The notes: a model not told the origin generated them from the letters alone. 64,000 nucleotides of DNA from Pseudomonadota bacterium (GCA_027320085.1 DAHVLZ010000009.1:265017-329016); one strand, 5' to 3'. Positions 1 through 10,735 are shown, counted from the stretch's first letter. A program made the numbers and translations.

Positions 1-774
1 GAAGGCTCGATCGTAGGACTCCTGGGACCAAACGGGGCAGGTAAGTCGACCTTGCTCAAATGCCTGCTCGGTCTCATCCCCCATGAAGGGCAGTGTCGAA
101 TCCTTGATCAGGATCCGAGACAGCATCGGGCACGCCTCATGCAAGAGGTGGCCTACGTGCCAGATCAGTCCTATCTTCCGTTGTGGCTGACCGTGGAACG
201 GTTGCTCCAGCTGGTGGCTAACTTGCACCCCCGCTTTTCAGTAGCGCGGGCCCGACATTTCCTGGAAGGAACTGAGATTCGTGATTCCCAAAAAATCTCC
301 CAGCTCTCCAAGGGTACACGGGTCCAGTTGCATCTGGCGCTCACGCTAGCAATTGATAGTCATCTGCTTGTTCTGGACGAACCCACGCTCGGTTTGGATA
401 TCACCCGACGTGCCGTCTTCTGGAAACAAATTTTGTCCGATTACTGTGACGGAAAGCGCACACTGATCATTGCCACCCATCTCATGCAGGAGGTCGAACA
501 CCTGCTTTCCCATCTTGTCCTGATCGATCGTGGCCGGATTGTCCTGAATCAGCCGTTCGAGGGCGTTCTGGAGCGCTACTGCCAGGTCATTCCTCGCCCG
601 GGCCAGGAAGCAGCATTGCGTGCTCTGAATCCAGTCAGTGAAGAACAAACTCTCGGACAACCTGTTTTTCTGTTCGACGGCCATCCGAAGAGTGAGCTCG
701 AACGATATGGAACCCTCCACCGTCCCAGCCTGGCTGAAATCTTTGAGACCGCGACCCGAAGGAGAGCTTCATGA
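1..774 (+). CDS. ABC transporter ATP-binding protein (5' partial)
   Basis: The window opens inside a Walker A motif (LLGPNGAGKSTLLK). Downstream are the ABC signature LSKGTRVQL and the Walker B motif LLVLDEPT. Confidence 0.85.
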   Translation, partial: EGSIVGLLGPNGAGKSTLLKCLLGLIPHEGQCRILDQDPRQHRARLMQEVAYVPDQSYLPLWLTVERLLQLVANLHPRFSVARARHFLEGTEIRDSQKISQLSKGTRVQLHLALTLAIDSHLLVLDEPTLGLDITRRAVFWKQILSDYCDGKRTLIIATHLMQEVEHLLSHLVLIDRGRIVLNQPFEGVLERYCQVIPRPGQEAALRALNPVSEEQTLGQPVFLFDGHPKSELERYGTLHRPSLAEIFETATRRRAS

Positions 775-1670
775 ACACTTTCGCCTCCCGCATGATGACT
801 CTGGTCCGGTCTGAACTATGGCAACGAGGAAATTTCCGCCGGCGATTGCTGATCATTTCCGGCATTTGGGTGTTTGTGGGCCTTCTTGGAACTGGTTTCA
901 TGTGCCTCTTCGCACCCGTTTTTTCCATCCGGGTCCGCCACGGCGTCACCGCACCTGACGGATCAGCCCTGCTTTTGATTGTTGGCGCGATTGTACTGGT
1001 GATCGCTTTGGTTCGGGTCCTCAGTTATTTTTTACACGCCCTTTTCGACGAGCGCCTGGACCGGAGCATCCTGTTTTGGCAATCACTACCAGTTTCCGAC
1101 ACCGAACGGGTTGCAGCCAAGGCCGCAACGGGTCTCGTGGCCATCCCCTTACTCTCCTGGGCATCCGCCGTGGTGATCGCTCTGATCACCCTTTTCTTCC
1201 TTAGCCTCTCGACCAGCCTGGTCGGCCATAACTTTTGGGGCAGTTTCTGGCAACCCGTATCACTGCTCTCAGTCATGGGATTCCTTGCGATATTTTTTCC
1301 GCTTTTCATGTTCTGGCTTTTCCCAGTGCTGGGCTGGTGCTTGTTTTGCTCGGCCTGGAGCAGCCCACGCCGTCGCAAGGGTGCTTTCCTGCTCGCGATT
1401 GGAATTCCACTCGTTCTATGGATTCTCGAACCCATCCTGATCGGGACGCACTACCTTGGAGACTGGTGGCAACTGCTGTTTACCCCTTTCGGTCGTATCT
1501 GGCACCTTGCATTTCTATCCATTGCCCACTGGAGAAACATGACGGGCTCGCTCTGGCCCACACTCGGCTGGATGCTCACCCGACCTGAACTCTGGGTGGG
1601 TGGGCTTGTAGGGCTCGCCTTTTCCGCCTCCGCCGTCTACCTGCTCCATCGGCAGGAACCCCCCACCTGA
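771..1670 (+). CDS. ABC-2-type transporter permease / polytopic membrane protein
   Basis: Its start overlaps the ATPase stop (ATGA). The protein has multiple hydrophobic helices and sits immediately after the ABC ATPase. Confidence 0.6.
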   Translation: MNTFASRMMTLVRSELWQRGNFRRRLLIISGIWVFVGLLGTGFMCLFAPVFSIRVRHGVTAPDGSALLLIVGAIVLVIALVRVLSYFLHALFDERLDRSILFWQSLPVSDTERVAAKAATGLVAIPLLSWASAVVIALITLFFLSLSTSLVGHNFWGSFWQPVSLLSVMGFLAIFFPLFMFWLFPVLGWCLFCSAWSSPRRRKGAFLLAIGIPLVLWILEPILIGTHYLGDWWQLLFTPFGRIWHLAFLSIAHWRNMTGSLWPTLGWMLTRPELWVGGLVGLAFSASAVYLLHRQEPPT

Positions 1671-1703
1671 GCCATTACCCATCTTCATAGGGAGAAAATC
1701 CAG

Positions 1704-2519
1704 ATGAAAGCCACTTTTCGCCTCGTACTCCTTTTCACTGTGGGGACAGGCCTTGCTTTCGCCCACGATCCGTTTGTGGTGCTCCGGGCAAATCAGGGCC
1801 TGCCAGCCGGTATTCACGAGATCCGGCTCAAAAACCGTGTAGGAACGATATCGGTCCATGGCATCGCAGGGTCGTCTATCCATGTCAGGGCTTTCCTTAA
1901 ACCTGGACACGGCAGGAAAATCGTTATCCTTGACCTTTTCACCTGGGGAGGGGGGAACGACTTTCACAAGCAAACCCTGGGTGGGTACATCCGCCTCTTA
2001 CCGGAAGGGCGCGACCGTCTCCAGGTTGCGCTGATTCTGCCCCATGATCCACACCTCAAGGATCTCACTGTTGACTGGCGGCTTGGGATCCCACAGATGG
2101 AGGCGGTCTGGATCACCAACCATATTGGAAGACTAGTGGTTGCCCGCATGGGAGCAAAAGTACGGGCCGAGGGTAATATCGGACTTATCTCAATTCGGGA
2201 TTCGGCAGGCCCAATTATCGCACGCACCAATATCGGCAAGATCAAAATTTCCGGTGTAACCCACTCTCTTTTTGCAAAAACCAACGTTGGTGCCGTGAAA
2301 GTCCAAGGGGCGATCACTTCCATCGGACCGGTCGACCTCACAAGTAACGTGGGGAGCGTGCATGTGCGTGGACTGCCCCACTTTCCCGCGCAATCAAGCG
2401 GATTGAATGGCCACCTCCTGTATCACGGTACGGGACGCCACCATATCCGGATCAAGGTCAACGTGGGTTCAATCCGGCTCGTCCTGATCTCTCCCCATCC
2501 CAAGCCAGCACACCGTTGA
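1704..2519 (+). CDS. Secreted DUF4097-like beta-helix repeat protein
   Basis: It has an N-terminal signal peptide (MKATFRLVLLFTVGTGLAFA). Short N/T-[IV]G-x-[IV]-K/H-[IV] units recur (NIGKIKISGV, TNVGAVKVQGA, SNVGSVHVRGL, VNVGSIRLV), which is typical of DUF4097 proteins found after ABC-2 systems. Confidence 0.5.
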   Translation: MKATFRLVLLFTVGTGLAFAHDPFVVLRANQGLPAGIHEIRLKNRVGTISVHGIAGSSIHVRAFLKPGHGRKIVILDLFTWGGGNDFHKQTLGGYIRLLPEGRDRLQVALILPHDPHLKDLTVDWRLGIPQMEAVWITNHIGRLVVARMGAKVRAEGNIGLISIRDSAGPIIARTNIGKIKISGVTHSLFAKTNVGAVKVQGAITSIGPVDLTSNVGSVHVRGLPHFPAQSSGLNGHLLYHGTGRHHIRIKVNVGSIRLVLISPHPKPAHR

Positions 2520-2524
2520 GACGA

Positions 2525-4573
2525 TCAAGCACCGATGTTCCGTGAAGATGAAGAAGAGGCCCCGGACTGACGGGTTGGAGGCCAAAGGCCCTCAAGTAGC
2601 CGGGCCGCTGCCCGGTCTAAATCCTCCGGGGTACCGTACAGGACAAGCAGGTCACCCTCGCGCAACTCGGTACCCGGGGAGGGTTGTTTCCCCACGATAC
2701 CGTCGCGGCGGAGTGCAGTCACCACAACCCCAAGTTCGGTCAACGCCACGGTTTCCACGGTTTGTCCGACGGCAGCGGCTTCCGAGGTCAGGACAAGGTT
2801 GCGCAACTCTTCCCGGAAAGCATGAACTGGCGAGCGGACAGGTGCCTCACCACTCCTGAAAACCGAGCGCAGAAGGGCGTAACGATCAGAACGGACCCTC
2901 TGGATCTGATGGAGAATCCGGCTCGCGGGCACCCCGAGGAGATGCAAGAGGTTGGCTGACAGCATGAGACTGGCCTCAAGCGTTTCGGGGATCACTTCTG
3001 TCGCCCCCATCTGCTGCAACTCCGCAAGGTGCGCATCATCACGGGTTCGAACCAAGATGGGTAGATCAACTCTCACGGGACGAACCCGGGTCAAAATTTT
3101 TGAGCTGATCTCAAGATCCTGATAGGCCACGACCAGAGCACGCGCAGAGGCAAGCCCGACGGAAGTGAGCAGCGCCAGGTCTGTCGCATCCCCGTAGTAG
3201 ACCGGATCGCCAGCAATGCGGGCTGCCCTCACCCTGCCCAAGTCGAGATCTAAAGCCACGTAGGCAATTCCGTTTTGTTCCAAGAACCGCGCAAGGTTCT
3301 GCCCGACCCGGCCATAGCCACAGATGATGACATGGTCACGGAAGCCGGCTGGGACATTCGCTCCAGACTCACTGGCAGATGGGAGCATAGTAGGCAAGAG
3401 ATCGTGGCCTGTTGAACGCGGAACCACCCGGCGGTTGAAGCGAATCATGAGTGAACCGATGAGAAAGCTCACAATAAGGATGCCGAGGATAATTTGTCCG
3501 TCGGCCGGATGTGGCCAGTCTCCGGGCGACACAAAAGCGATCAATGCAAGCCCAAACTCTCCCATGGGCGACAAAACGAGCCCGGTTCTCAAAGCGGTCT
3601 CGCGGTCCCGTCCAAACACTCTGCATAGTCCGGTGGCCACTGCAAACTTGAAAAAGAGAATCACCGCGATTCCGATAAGAATCCAGATTCCATAAACGAG
3701 CAGCATGTGCGGGTTAAACAGCATGCCAACCGAAACAAAAAACAGGCCTAGCAGAACATCACGAAATGGCCTGATATCAGCCTCGACCTGATGACGGAAT
3801 TCGGTTTCACCCAAGACCATCCCGGCGAGGAAAGCACCCGGAACAGCTGACAGGCCAATGGACTTGGTAATCATAGCTGACGCCAGCGCGACCAAGAGTA
3901 CGGACAAGGTAAAAAGCTCACTGGCCTTGCGTTTAGTCACTTCACGAAACAGCCATTCGACCAACGGCCGGCCACCAACCAACAAAAGGCCCGCCACCAG
4001 GATGCCTCGAGCCAGTGTGATACCGAAGGTTTCCCAAGAACTCCCCATCCCATGATGGCTGAGCCAAGTAGGAGCCAAAATGAAAAGCGGGAGAGCCAAA
4101 AGGTCCTGAAAAATGGCCAAGGTCATCGTCAACCGCCCATGAGGTTGCCCAAGTTCCTGTTGGTCACCGAGCTGACGGGCAACGAGTGCTGTTGATGATG
4201 TGGCCAAGACAAAACCCAGGAATACTGAGAGTGGCCATGGCCAGCCAACGGCCAGGACAACCAAACTCCCGAGGCATGCCTCGACGGCGATAATGGACAA
4301 TGCCAGTGCCAGATTCTGTCGACGTGTCTCGTGGAACCGCGATGGAGAGAAATCGAGCCCCAGTGTGAAAAGAAGGAGGATAATGCCCCATTTGGAAAGA
4401 ACTTGAACATCCGCACTGTCAGCAAGCCAGGCCAAGCCGTGGGGGCCCAGGATGGTCCCCGCGAGCATATAAGCAGGTATAAGGGGCAGCGTCAGACGTC
4501 TGAGAACCGACGAGAGAATGACCGCCAAGGTAAGGAGTACCACCAAGCTCAACAGCATGGGATCAAAGGTCAT
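2525..4573 (-). CDS. CPA2-family K+/H+ antiporter (KefB/KefC/YbaL-like) with C-terminal RCK (TrkA-N/TrkA-C) domains
   Basis: A ~400-aa polytopic membrane domain is followed by a Rossmann GYGRVGQ motif (ICGYGRVGQNLARFL) and an RCK_C-like tail. The protein is 682 aa. Confidence 0.85.
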   Translation of the reverse strand: MTFDPMLLSLVVLLTLAVILSSVLRRLTLPLIPAYMLAGTILGPHGLAWLADSADVQVLSKWGIILLLFTLGLDFSPSRFHETRRQNLALALSIIAVEACLGSLVVLAVGWPWPLSVFLGFVLATSSTALVARQLGDQQELGQPHGRLTMTLAIFQDLLALPLFILAPTWLSHHGMGSSWETFGITLARGILVAGLLLVGGRPLVEWLFREVTKRKASELFTLSVLLVALASAMITKSIGLSAVPGAFLAGMVLGETEFRHQVEADIRPFRDVLLGLFFVSVGMLFNPHMLLVYGIWILIGIAVILFFKFAVATGLCRVFGRDRETALRTGLVLSPMGEFGLALIAFVSPGDWPHPADGQIILGILIVSFLIGSLMIRFNRRVVPRSTGHDLLPTMLPSASESGANVPAGFRDHVIICGYGRVGQNLARFLEQNGIAYVALDLDLGRVRAARIAGDPVYYGDATDLALLTSVGLASARALVVAYQDLEISSKILTRVRPVRVDLPILVRTRDDAHLAELQQMGATEVIPETLEASLMLSANLLHLLGVPASRILHQIQRVRSDRYALLRSVFRSGEAPVRSPVHAFREELRNLVLTSEAAAVGQTVETVALTELGVVVTALRRDGIVGKQPSPGTELREGDLLVLYGTPEDLDRAAARLLEGLWPPTRQSGASSSSSRNIGA

Positions 4574-4748
4574 GGCATACTCCGTACCCTGACTGACGCT
4601 TTAATGGGCCAATGGTCTAGCTATCCTACCCCACTGCGGGAGACCGAATGAGAGACCGCTACGGGCTATAATGCTTATGGAGCCCCTCACTCTAAATTTT
4701 TTTACGGGTTCCATCATTCCTTATTTCATAATGATTTAGACCCAAAAA

Positions 4749-6716
4749 TTGGACAGACTAGAGCCGAGTCCTGAATCGGGCTCCCAACTGAACGATGACT
4801 ATCGAGGGGAACGGTCTCGCTACCTCTTCCCATTGATGGCCGTGGGTGCTTTGGGCGTCGTTTATGGCGACATCGGAACTAGTCCTCTTTACACCCTTCA
4901 AGCCTGCTTTTCAGCACCCAACTCGTTCAGTATTTCCCCAGCGAACATCATTGGCGTCCTATCCCTCGTTCTCTGGACACTTACGGTCACGGTCACACTT
5001 AAATACGTGGCTTTTGTCCTCAGGGCAGATAATCGGGGGGAGGGAGGAATCCTCGCACTCCTTGCGCTTTTGAGTCCCGCACCTCCGGGCACCAGTCATG
5101 GAAAAAGAAGATCCCAGAAACTGCTGCTTGCCCTAGGTCTTTTCGGGGCTACCCTTCTCTACGGCGACGGCATGATTACACCGGCTATCTCGGTCCTGAG
5201 TGCAATCCAAGGACTCGACGTCATAACGCCCACTCTCGACCGCTATATTATCCCGGTGACCGTCATTGTTCTTGTTGCACTTTTTAGCATTCAGAGACGG
5301 GGTACGGGCAAGATCAGCCAATGGTTCGGGCCGGTGATGCTCCTCTGGTTCCTTTTGCTCGCGATCACAGGCCTCGGCGAAATTCTAAACCACCCCTTGA
5401 TTCTTCTGTCGCTCAACCCGCTGGCTGGTGTCGGTTTTCTTAGCCGACATCGCCTTGCCGGATTTCTGGTTCTAGGTGCTGTCATCCTTGCGGTCACCGG
5501 CGCAGAAGCCCTGTACGCAGATCTCGGCCATTTCGGCCGTCCTCCGATCCGCCTAGCCTGGCTAGCTGTGGTATTCCCCTCCCTCCTGTGTAACTATCTA
5601 GGGCAGGGGGCACTTCTCCTGCATGACCCTGGCGCCATCAGTGCACCACTTTATCATTTGGTTCCTCAGTGGGCTCTCATTCCCACCGTCATCTTGGCAA
5701 CTGCGGCCACAATCATCGCCTCACAAGCAATCATCTCGGGTAGTTTTTCCCTGATGGGACAGTCAATTCGTCTCAACCAAACGCCACGCATGCGAATTGT
5801 CCAGACGTCACGGGATGAGAAAGGTCGAATTTACATCCCCACGCTGAACTGGCTTCTCATGATCGGAACGATTGGCCTCGTCTTAGCTTTTCGGACAGCC
5901 AATAATCTGGCCGGGGCCTATGGAGTTGCAATCAGCACCCTTATGTGGATCACGACGATCTTTCTTATGCTTCTGGCGCACCGTCGATGGGCTTGGTCAA
6001 TCCCCAAAACGATACTCATCCTGGGCGGATTTTTGGTCATAGACAGTGTCTTCTGGATGAGCACACTCACAAAGATTCCGGATGGTGGCTGGTTCCCACT
6101 GCTCATTTCACTTCTCCTCTTCGGCATGATGGAAGTGTGGGCCACAGGGCGACAAGAACTGATCCGTCGCCTGCAGGCACACACTGAACCTTTGCTTGCA
6201 TTTCTCGCCCATCTCGTTGAGGAGCCACCGATCCGTGTCCCGGGAACCGCAGTGTACTTTACAGCACCTAATCTTGGGGTCCCCCCAACCTTGTCGCACC
6301 AACTGATCCATCTTAAAACGCTACACGAACACGTTATCCTGCTCACAATCGTTACTCATGAAGTGCCCTTTGTTCATGCAGGAAATCGGCTCGACATAGA
6401 GTCACTGGGCGAAGGCTTCTACCGGGTACTTGTACACTTCGGATTCATGCAGCCACAGAACATTCCTGTCGCGCTATCACTTGGGGCCGAACAATTCGGA
6501 CTGCCGTTTCAACCCGAAACGGCCAGTTACTTTATCGGCCGTGAAAGTCTTGTCATACCGGATCAGATCTCATTGGCCGGTCGCTTTTTCAACCGGATTT
6601 TCGCCTTCTTATCCCGAAACGCGTCACGAGCCACTGATTTTTACGAGATCCCCGCCGATCGGGTCGTCGAACTGGGTCTTCGGATCTCCTTGAACGGTGG
6701 TCACGGCCAGCCGTAA
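4749..6716 (+). CDS. kup: Potassium uptake protein Kup (KUP/HAK/KT family)
   Basis: It carries the hallmark N-terminal motif VVYGDIGTSPLY and runs ~650 aa with 12 TM segments plus a cytoplasmic C-domain. The true start may be a later Met. Confidence 0.9.
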   Translation: MDRLEPSPESGSQLNDDYRGERSRYLFPLMAVGALGVVYGDIGTSPLYTLQACFSAPNSFSISPANIIGVLSLVLWTLTVTVTLKYVAFVLRADNRGEGGILALLALLSPAPPGTSHGKRRSQKLLLALGLFGATLLYGDGMITPAISVLSAIQGLDVITPTLDRYIIPVTVIVLVALFSIQRRGTGKISQWFGPVMLLWFLLLAITGLGEILNHPLILLSLNPLAGVGFLSRHRLAGFLVLGAVILAVTGAEALYADLGHFGRPPIRLAWLAVVFPSLLCNYLGQGALLLHDPGAISAPLYHLVPQWALIPTVILATAATIIASQAIISGSFSLMGQSIRLNQTPRMRIVQTSRDEKGRIYIPTLNWLLMIGTIGLVLAFRTANNLAGAYGVAISTLMWITTIFLMLLAHRRWAWSIPKTILILGGFLVIDSVFWMSTLTKIPDGGWFPLLISLLLFGMMEVWATGRQELIRRLQAHTEPLLAFLAHLVEEPPIRVPGTAVYFTAPNLGVPPTLSHQLIHLKTLHEHVILLTIVTHEVPFVHAGNRLDIESLGEGFYRVLVHFGFMQPQNIPVALSLGAEQFGLPFQPETASYFIGRESLVIPDQISLAGRFFNRIFAFLSRNASRATDFYEIPADRVVELGLRISLNGGHGQP

Positions 6717-6744
6717 CGGAGAAGAAGCATCGAGGATTTTGCGC

Positions 6745-7731
6745 ATGCTTTACCGCCGTCTGGGTCGTTCCGGCCTCAAGTTAAGTGCTCTATCGTTTGG
6801 CTCCTGGGTAACCTTTGGTCCGCAAGTTGATCAGGCCGGGACCATTGACCTCATGGCCTGCGCTCTCGACCATGGAATCAACTTCTTCGACAATGCCGAA
6901 GCCTACGCGCATGGAGCATCTGAACGCCTCATGGGACAAGCCTTCCGCACCCTGGGTTGGAGCCGTGACCAATTCTGCGTATCCAGCAAAGCTTTCTTCG
7001 GCTCTGTCCAGAATCCTGCGCCCACCCAATGTGGCCTGAGCCGCAAACATCTGGTCGAAGCCTGTCATCAGGCGCTGAAGAGACTTGGCCTGGATTACCT
7101 TGACCTATTTTTTTGCCACCGGCCAGACCCAGAGACACCGATCGAAGAAATCGTGGTCACCATGGCAACCTTGATCCAGCAAGGGAAAATCCTCTACTGG
7201 GGAACTTCAGAGTGGCCTGCTACTTGGATTGAAAGCGCTATCCAAAAGGCCCATGAACTGAACTTGCCGGCCCCGCTCATGGAGCAGCCACAATACAATC
7301 TGTTCGTTCGGAAACGGGTTGAAGTCGAATACGAGTCCCTATGCCAGACCGAGGGGCTCGGACTCACCACGTGGTCACCCCTTGCATCTGGAATTCTCAC
7401 CGGAAAATATATGGATGGCTCCCAGATCCCGCCCGGCAGTCGCTTCAGTCTCCCCGATTACGAGTGGTTACGGGAGCGATTCCAAGGAAAAGACGGACAA
7501 CGACAACTCAAGGCTGCCTGCGGTCTCGTTGAGCTCAGTCACGAGAATGGCACGACTCCCGCTACCTTGGCCATCGCCTGGTGCCTGTCGAACCCATGTG
7601 TGACCACCGTCATCCTGGGCGCTTCTCGCAGGGAACAGCTACTCGATAACCTGAGAGCAATTGAGTACTTACCGAAAATCCAAGGTTCACTCAAAAACCG
7701 CTTGGAATCTCTCTACTCTGATCCCGCGTGA
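6745..7731 (+). CDS. Aldo-keto reductase, Kv-beta/AKR6-like (Tas/YajO-type)
   Basis: The ORF begins MLYRRLGRSGLKLSALSFGSWVTFG and shows the AKR catalytic pattern (D-x-A-x-x-Y, K, H). Its start lies 28 nt after the kup stop. Confidence 0.85.
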   Translation: MLYRRLGRSGLKLSALSFGSWVTFGPQVDQAGTIDLMACALDHGINFFDNAEAYAHGASERLMGQAFRTLGWSRDQFCVSSKAFFGSVQNPAPTQCGLSRKHLVEACHQALKRLGLDYLDLFFCHRPDPETPIEEIVVTMATLIQQGKILYWGTSEWPATWIESAIQKAHELNLPAPLMEQPQYNLFVRKRVEVEYESLCQTEGLGLTTWSPLASGILTGKYMDGSQIPPGSRFSLPDYEWLRERFQGKDGQRQLKAACGLVELSHENGTTPATLAIAWCLSNPCVTTVILGASRREQLLDNLRAIEYLPKIQGSLKNRLESLYSDPA

Positions 7732-7845
7732 TATCCTGTTCCGGAGGGTCTGGAGTCAGCCTCCACCCAGCAACCCGATCATCATCTAGCTCTTGTGTCA
7801 GAAGGGTCCGATGACGAGGGCCAATAGCTAGGGGGCTTTCTGTCT

Positions 7846-9465
7846 TCAGGGACCTTCGACGGTCTCAATCCCCCGGGTTCCCAGATTCTTGATGCGTTCG
7901 GAACATTGCTGGGCTGCTTCAGGCGACTGTCCACTCATAAGAGCCAGAACCAGAATGACGAGACTGAACCCGGCGAGTATCCACATGCCAGTGAAAAACC
8001 CGTAGTCTCCAAGCCCATCCATGGGTTTGGATGTGGGGCCCAGAAGACTGATGATCCAGAGTCCCGCGAAGTATGGAATAAGCCACCAAGCCTGCTGCCA
8101 CCCCAGGTCTGCCGCTCGCCCGCGATGAATCACGAAGTACCAGAACAGGTAAACCAGCCCGTAGATCGCCACCAGTCCGAGAAGCCACTTGACCACGTCA
8201 TAGCCAGTCCAGTAGATGATCCAGTTGGCCGCAATAAATGCGATCACCGAGATTATCCCCGCCAGACGCAACCGAAAGGGTCGCTTCGCATCCGGCATCG
8301 CCCGACGAAGATGAAGCAGGATGACTGGGCCGATGCTGTAAGACAGGACGGTGATCAGCGAGACGGCCGAAACCAGTTTCTGCCATGATGGAAAGGGGAA
8401 AAAGAAAAAGACGCCAACAATGTAAGTCAGAATCAGGCCGATCCAAGGTACACCAAAACGATTGAGCTGGGTGACGCTCCGTGGCGCATTGCCCATCTCT
8501 CCCGCGGCCATGATGATCCGCGGACTCCCTGTGACGTAGATAAAAGCCGTACCAAGCGGGGAAACGATCGCATCCACATAGAGAAGCACAGCCCACCAGA
8601 ATGCACCGACGGCAATGGCGATCGCTGCTAACGGGCTGAACATCCCGGTGAAACGCAAATGGGCCCAACCGTGGGCAATGTCAGCCGGACGCAGCGCAAA
8701 GATAAATGCAAACTGCAGGAGAACGTATATCAAAAGGGCGATCACAACCGAACCTATAAGTGCAATGGGTATATAGCGGCTTGGATTCCGAGTTTCCCCC
8801 GCCAACGCAATCGCCTGCTGAAATCCCAGATAACTGAAAATGATACCTGCTGTTGCAACAGCGGTAAAAATCCCACTTACTGGGGTGCTGGAGAGATGTG
8901 CCGTTATGTTGCCCGGATGAAAGGAATAAGCCATCAGGATCACAATCGTTGCCACCGGAACAACCACTTTCCACCAAGTGGCCGCACTGTTAATCGCGAT
9001 GACCCAACGAACGGCCAGGAAATTGAGTGCCACGACAAATGCCAGCAAGATGGCAGCGGCGACAAAACCCAACCCGGTCAACAAGCCGTTGTTGGCATGG
9101 ATCAATCCAGGGATGTAATCGTTGGCGTAGGTGAGAACCGCGCTGACCTCCACCGGAGGCACAGATACAAACGCCAAAAACAAAATCCAGCTCCAGATCT
9201 TGCCGACGAAATCACCATGACTGACGTGCGTCATATGGACAAGGGCTCCCGAGTTCGGGAACATCGTCGATAACTCGGCAAACACGAAAGCGAGGAAGAG
9301 GACCGTTGCAGCACCAACCACCCAAGAAATCACACTGAATGGACCAGCCTGTAGAGACGCATGGAGCGCCCCAAACAACCAACCGGATCCGATGATGCTG
9401 CCCAAGCTGGCGTACAACAAACCGACCACACCGGCATCCCGTTTAAGCTTTGTGGGTCCTGCCAT
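7846..9465 (-). CDS. APC-superfamily amino acid permease
   Basis: A 539-aa protein of about 12 TM helices that resembles amino-acid/polyamine/organocation transporters. Confidence 0.75.
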   Translation of the reverse strand: MAGPTKLKRDAGVVGLLYASLGSIIGSGWLFGALHASLQAGPFSVISWVVGAATVLFLAFVFAELSTMFPNSGALVHMTHVSHGDFVGKIWSWILFLAFVSVPPVEVSAVLTYANDYIPGLIHANNGLLTGLGFVAAAILLAFVVALNFLAVRWVIAINSAATWWKVVVPVATIVILMAYSFHPGNITAHLSSTPVSGIFTAVATAGIIFSYLGFQQAIALAGETRNPSRYIPIALIGSVVIALLIYVLLQFAFIFALRPADIAHGWAHLRFTGMFSPLAAIAIAVGAFWWAVLLYVDAIVSPLGTAFIYVTGSPRIIMAAGEMGNAPRSVTQLNRFGVPWIGLILTYIVGVFFFFPFPSWQKLVSAVSLITVLSYSIGPVILLHLRRAMPDAKRPFRLRLAGIISVIAFIAANWIIYWTGYDVVKWLLGLVAIYGLVYLFWYFVIHRGRAADLGWQQAWWLIPYFAGLWIISLLGPTSKPMDGLGDYGFFTGMWILAGFSLVILVLALMSGQSPEAAQQCSERIKNLGTRGIETVEGP

Positions 9466-9676
9466 AAATACCTCCGGAGTTATATTTCTGACTCGTGAGC
9501 CCGTTACTTACTCAAGCTCCGGGCCGTTCTCACTGACTTGGTAACTGCACAACCAGCAAGCTTTCTGGGCTGGCGTCAACCCAGCCGGCCATGATCCCCA
9601 AAACTTCCTGGAGAACAAGGGCCCGCTGATCCTAGCCGAAAGCTAGGGGTTACAGCAAGTCGCCCCCCCATTCGGC

Positions 9677-10282
9677 CTAGCGGACCCGGGTTACGAAAAC
9701 CTGCTCGCCGTATCCTCGCACTTCAAGAACATAGCCAACTATCAATTTTTTGATCTTGACTCTGGGATCAATGAGTTTGGGGATTCGGAAATATCCCGTA
9801 CCGGACTGGACCCATGTCTGTCCATTCATGAGATGGAATCTAGTATTCCCAGTCCATCCCTGGAATACCCCGTCAATCCGGCTCTCGATTTCATTGGGGA
9901 GATGACGATATCGTCTTGGAGGTAATCCGAAGTGAGCCACCCGGCCCTGATGGGCCCTGAGTCGAGACGAAGGAGCGTGGCGTGGTGGTACGATCGGGAC
10001 GGCTGCCCTCGCAGAAACGACCGCCCTACTCATCGCGTGTAGGTGTGCTGCCAACCACCGTTCCAGAGCCTGCCGTTGTTCGGTACTCAAGCGGTCAATC
10101 CCCGCTCGGTCGTAGGCATCCACCGTCATGAGTTTTCTCAGACGTATCCTGGGTGTTGTCGGGGAATGCTTGTGTGCTGCCCACGCTGATGCTCCAACTA
10201 GGCCGGTTGCACAACAGATAACCAAGGTAATGAATATCTTGCCTCTGGGGAGAGAGCGCCATTCCGAGGGCTTGGCATACAT
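9677..10282 (-). CDS. Hypothetical exported protein
   Basis: It has an N-terminal TM/signal segment (IFITLVICCATGLVGASAWA). I recognise no family. It is in the same orientation as its neighbours. Confidence 0.4.
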   Translation of the reverse strand: MYAKPSEWRSLPRGKIFITLVICCATGLVGASAWAAHKHSPTTPRIRLRKLMTVDAYDRAGIDRLSTEQRQALERWLAAHLHAMSRAVVSARAAVPIVPPRHAPSSRLRAHQGRVAHFGLPPRRYRHLPNEIESRIDGVFQGWTGNTRFHLMNGQTWVQSGTGYFRIPKLIDPRVKIKKLIVGYVLEVRGYGEQVFVTRVR

Positions 10283-10300
10283 GGTGTGAGCCGCTCTGCT

Positions 10301-10735
10301 TTAGTGGTGGCCGCGCAATGCCCGGGCAGCCTGCAACAGGCTCTCACGAGCTGCAATGGCGAGATGGTGCGCCTGAACGAGGCTCATGGCCCGTTCTCCC
10401 GCGAGCGCATTACGCAGGGCTTGGTGGAGAGCACTGCGCACGGACGGGGCGGACATCCGGCTATCCGGAATAGCACCTTTTCCAAGTCCGTGGCAAGGAT
10501 TCCCGGCCCTTGGATCGAACTGTCGTCCGTTTGGTCCGACCAGGCAGTTGATCACATGGTGGAGGTGAAGATGGGTCTGCGCCAAAGCGTGCATTTCGAC
10601 CGCGAGACCAGCATGGATGGCTGCGACCCGGATCTCTGCACGGAGGTTGGTAGACGCCCGGGCTACGGGGGTCAAAAGAGGAGAAAACCCGATGAGGACA
10701 CTCAAAAGAAACGACAGACACAACCGTTTGCTCAT
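10301..10735 (-). CDS. Small His-rich exported protein (putative periplasmic metal-binding helical protein)
   Basis: It has a signal peptide (MSKRLCLSFLLSVLIGFSPLLTPVARA). The mature part is predicted helical, with an HLHLHH tract and a C-terminal GHH. Confidence 0.4.
   Translation of the reverse strand: MSKRLCLSFLLSVLIGFSPLLTPVARASTNLRAEIRVAAIHAGLAVEMHALAQTHLHLHHVINCLVGPNGRQFDPRAGNPCHGLGKGAIPDSRMSAPSVRSALHQALRNALAGERAMSLVQAHHLAIAARESLLQAARALRGHH

Noticed and set aside
4574-4748. A c-di-AMP (ydaO/kimA-type) riboswitch in the kef/kup divergent region
   Set aside because: The region is short and AT-rich and looks like divergent promoters. No conserved riboswitch elements are discernible.
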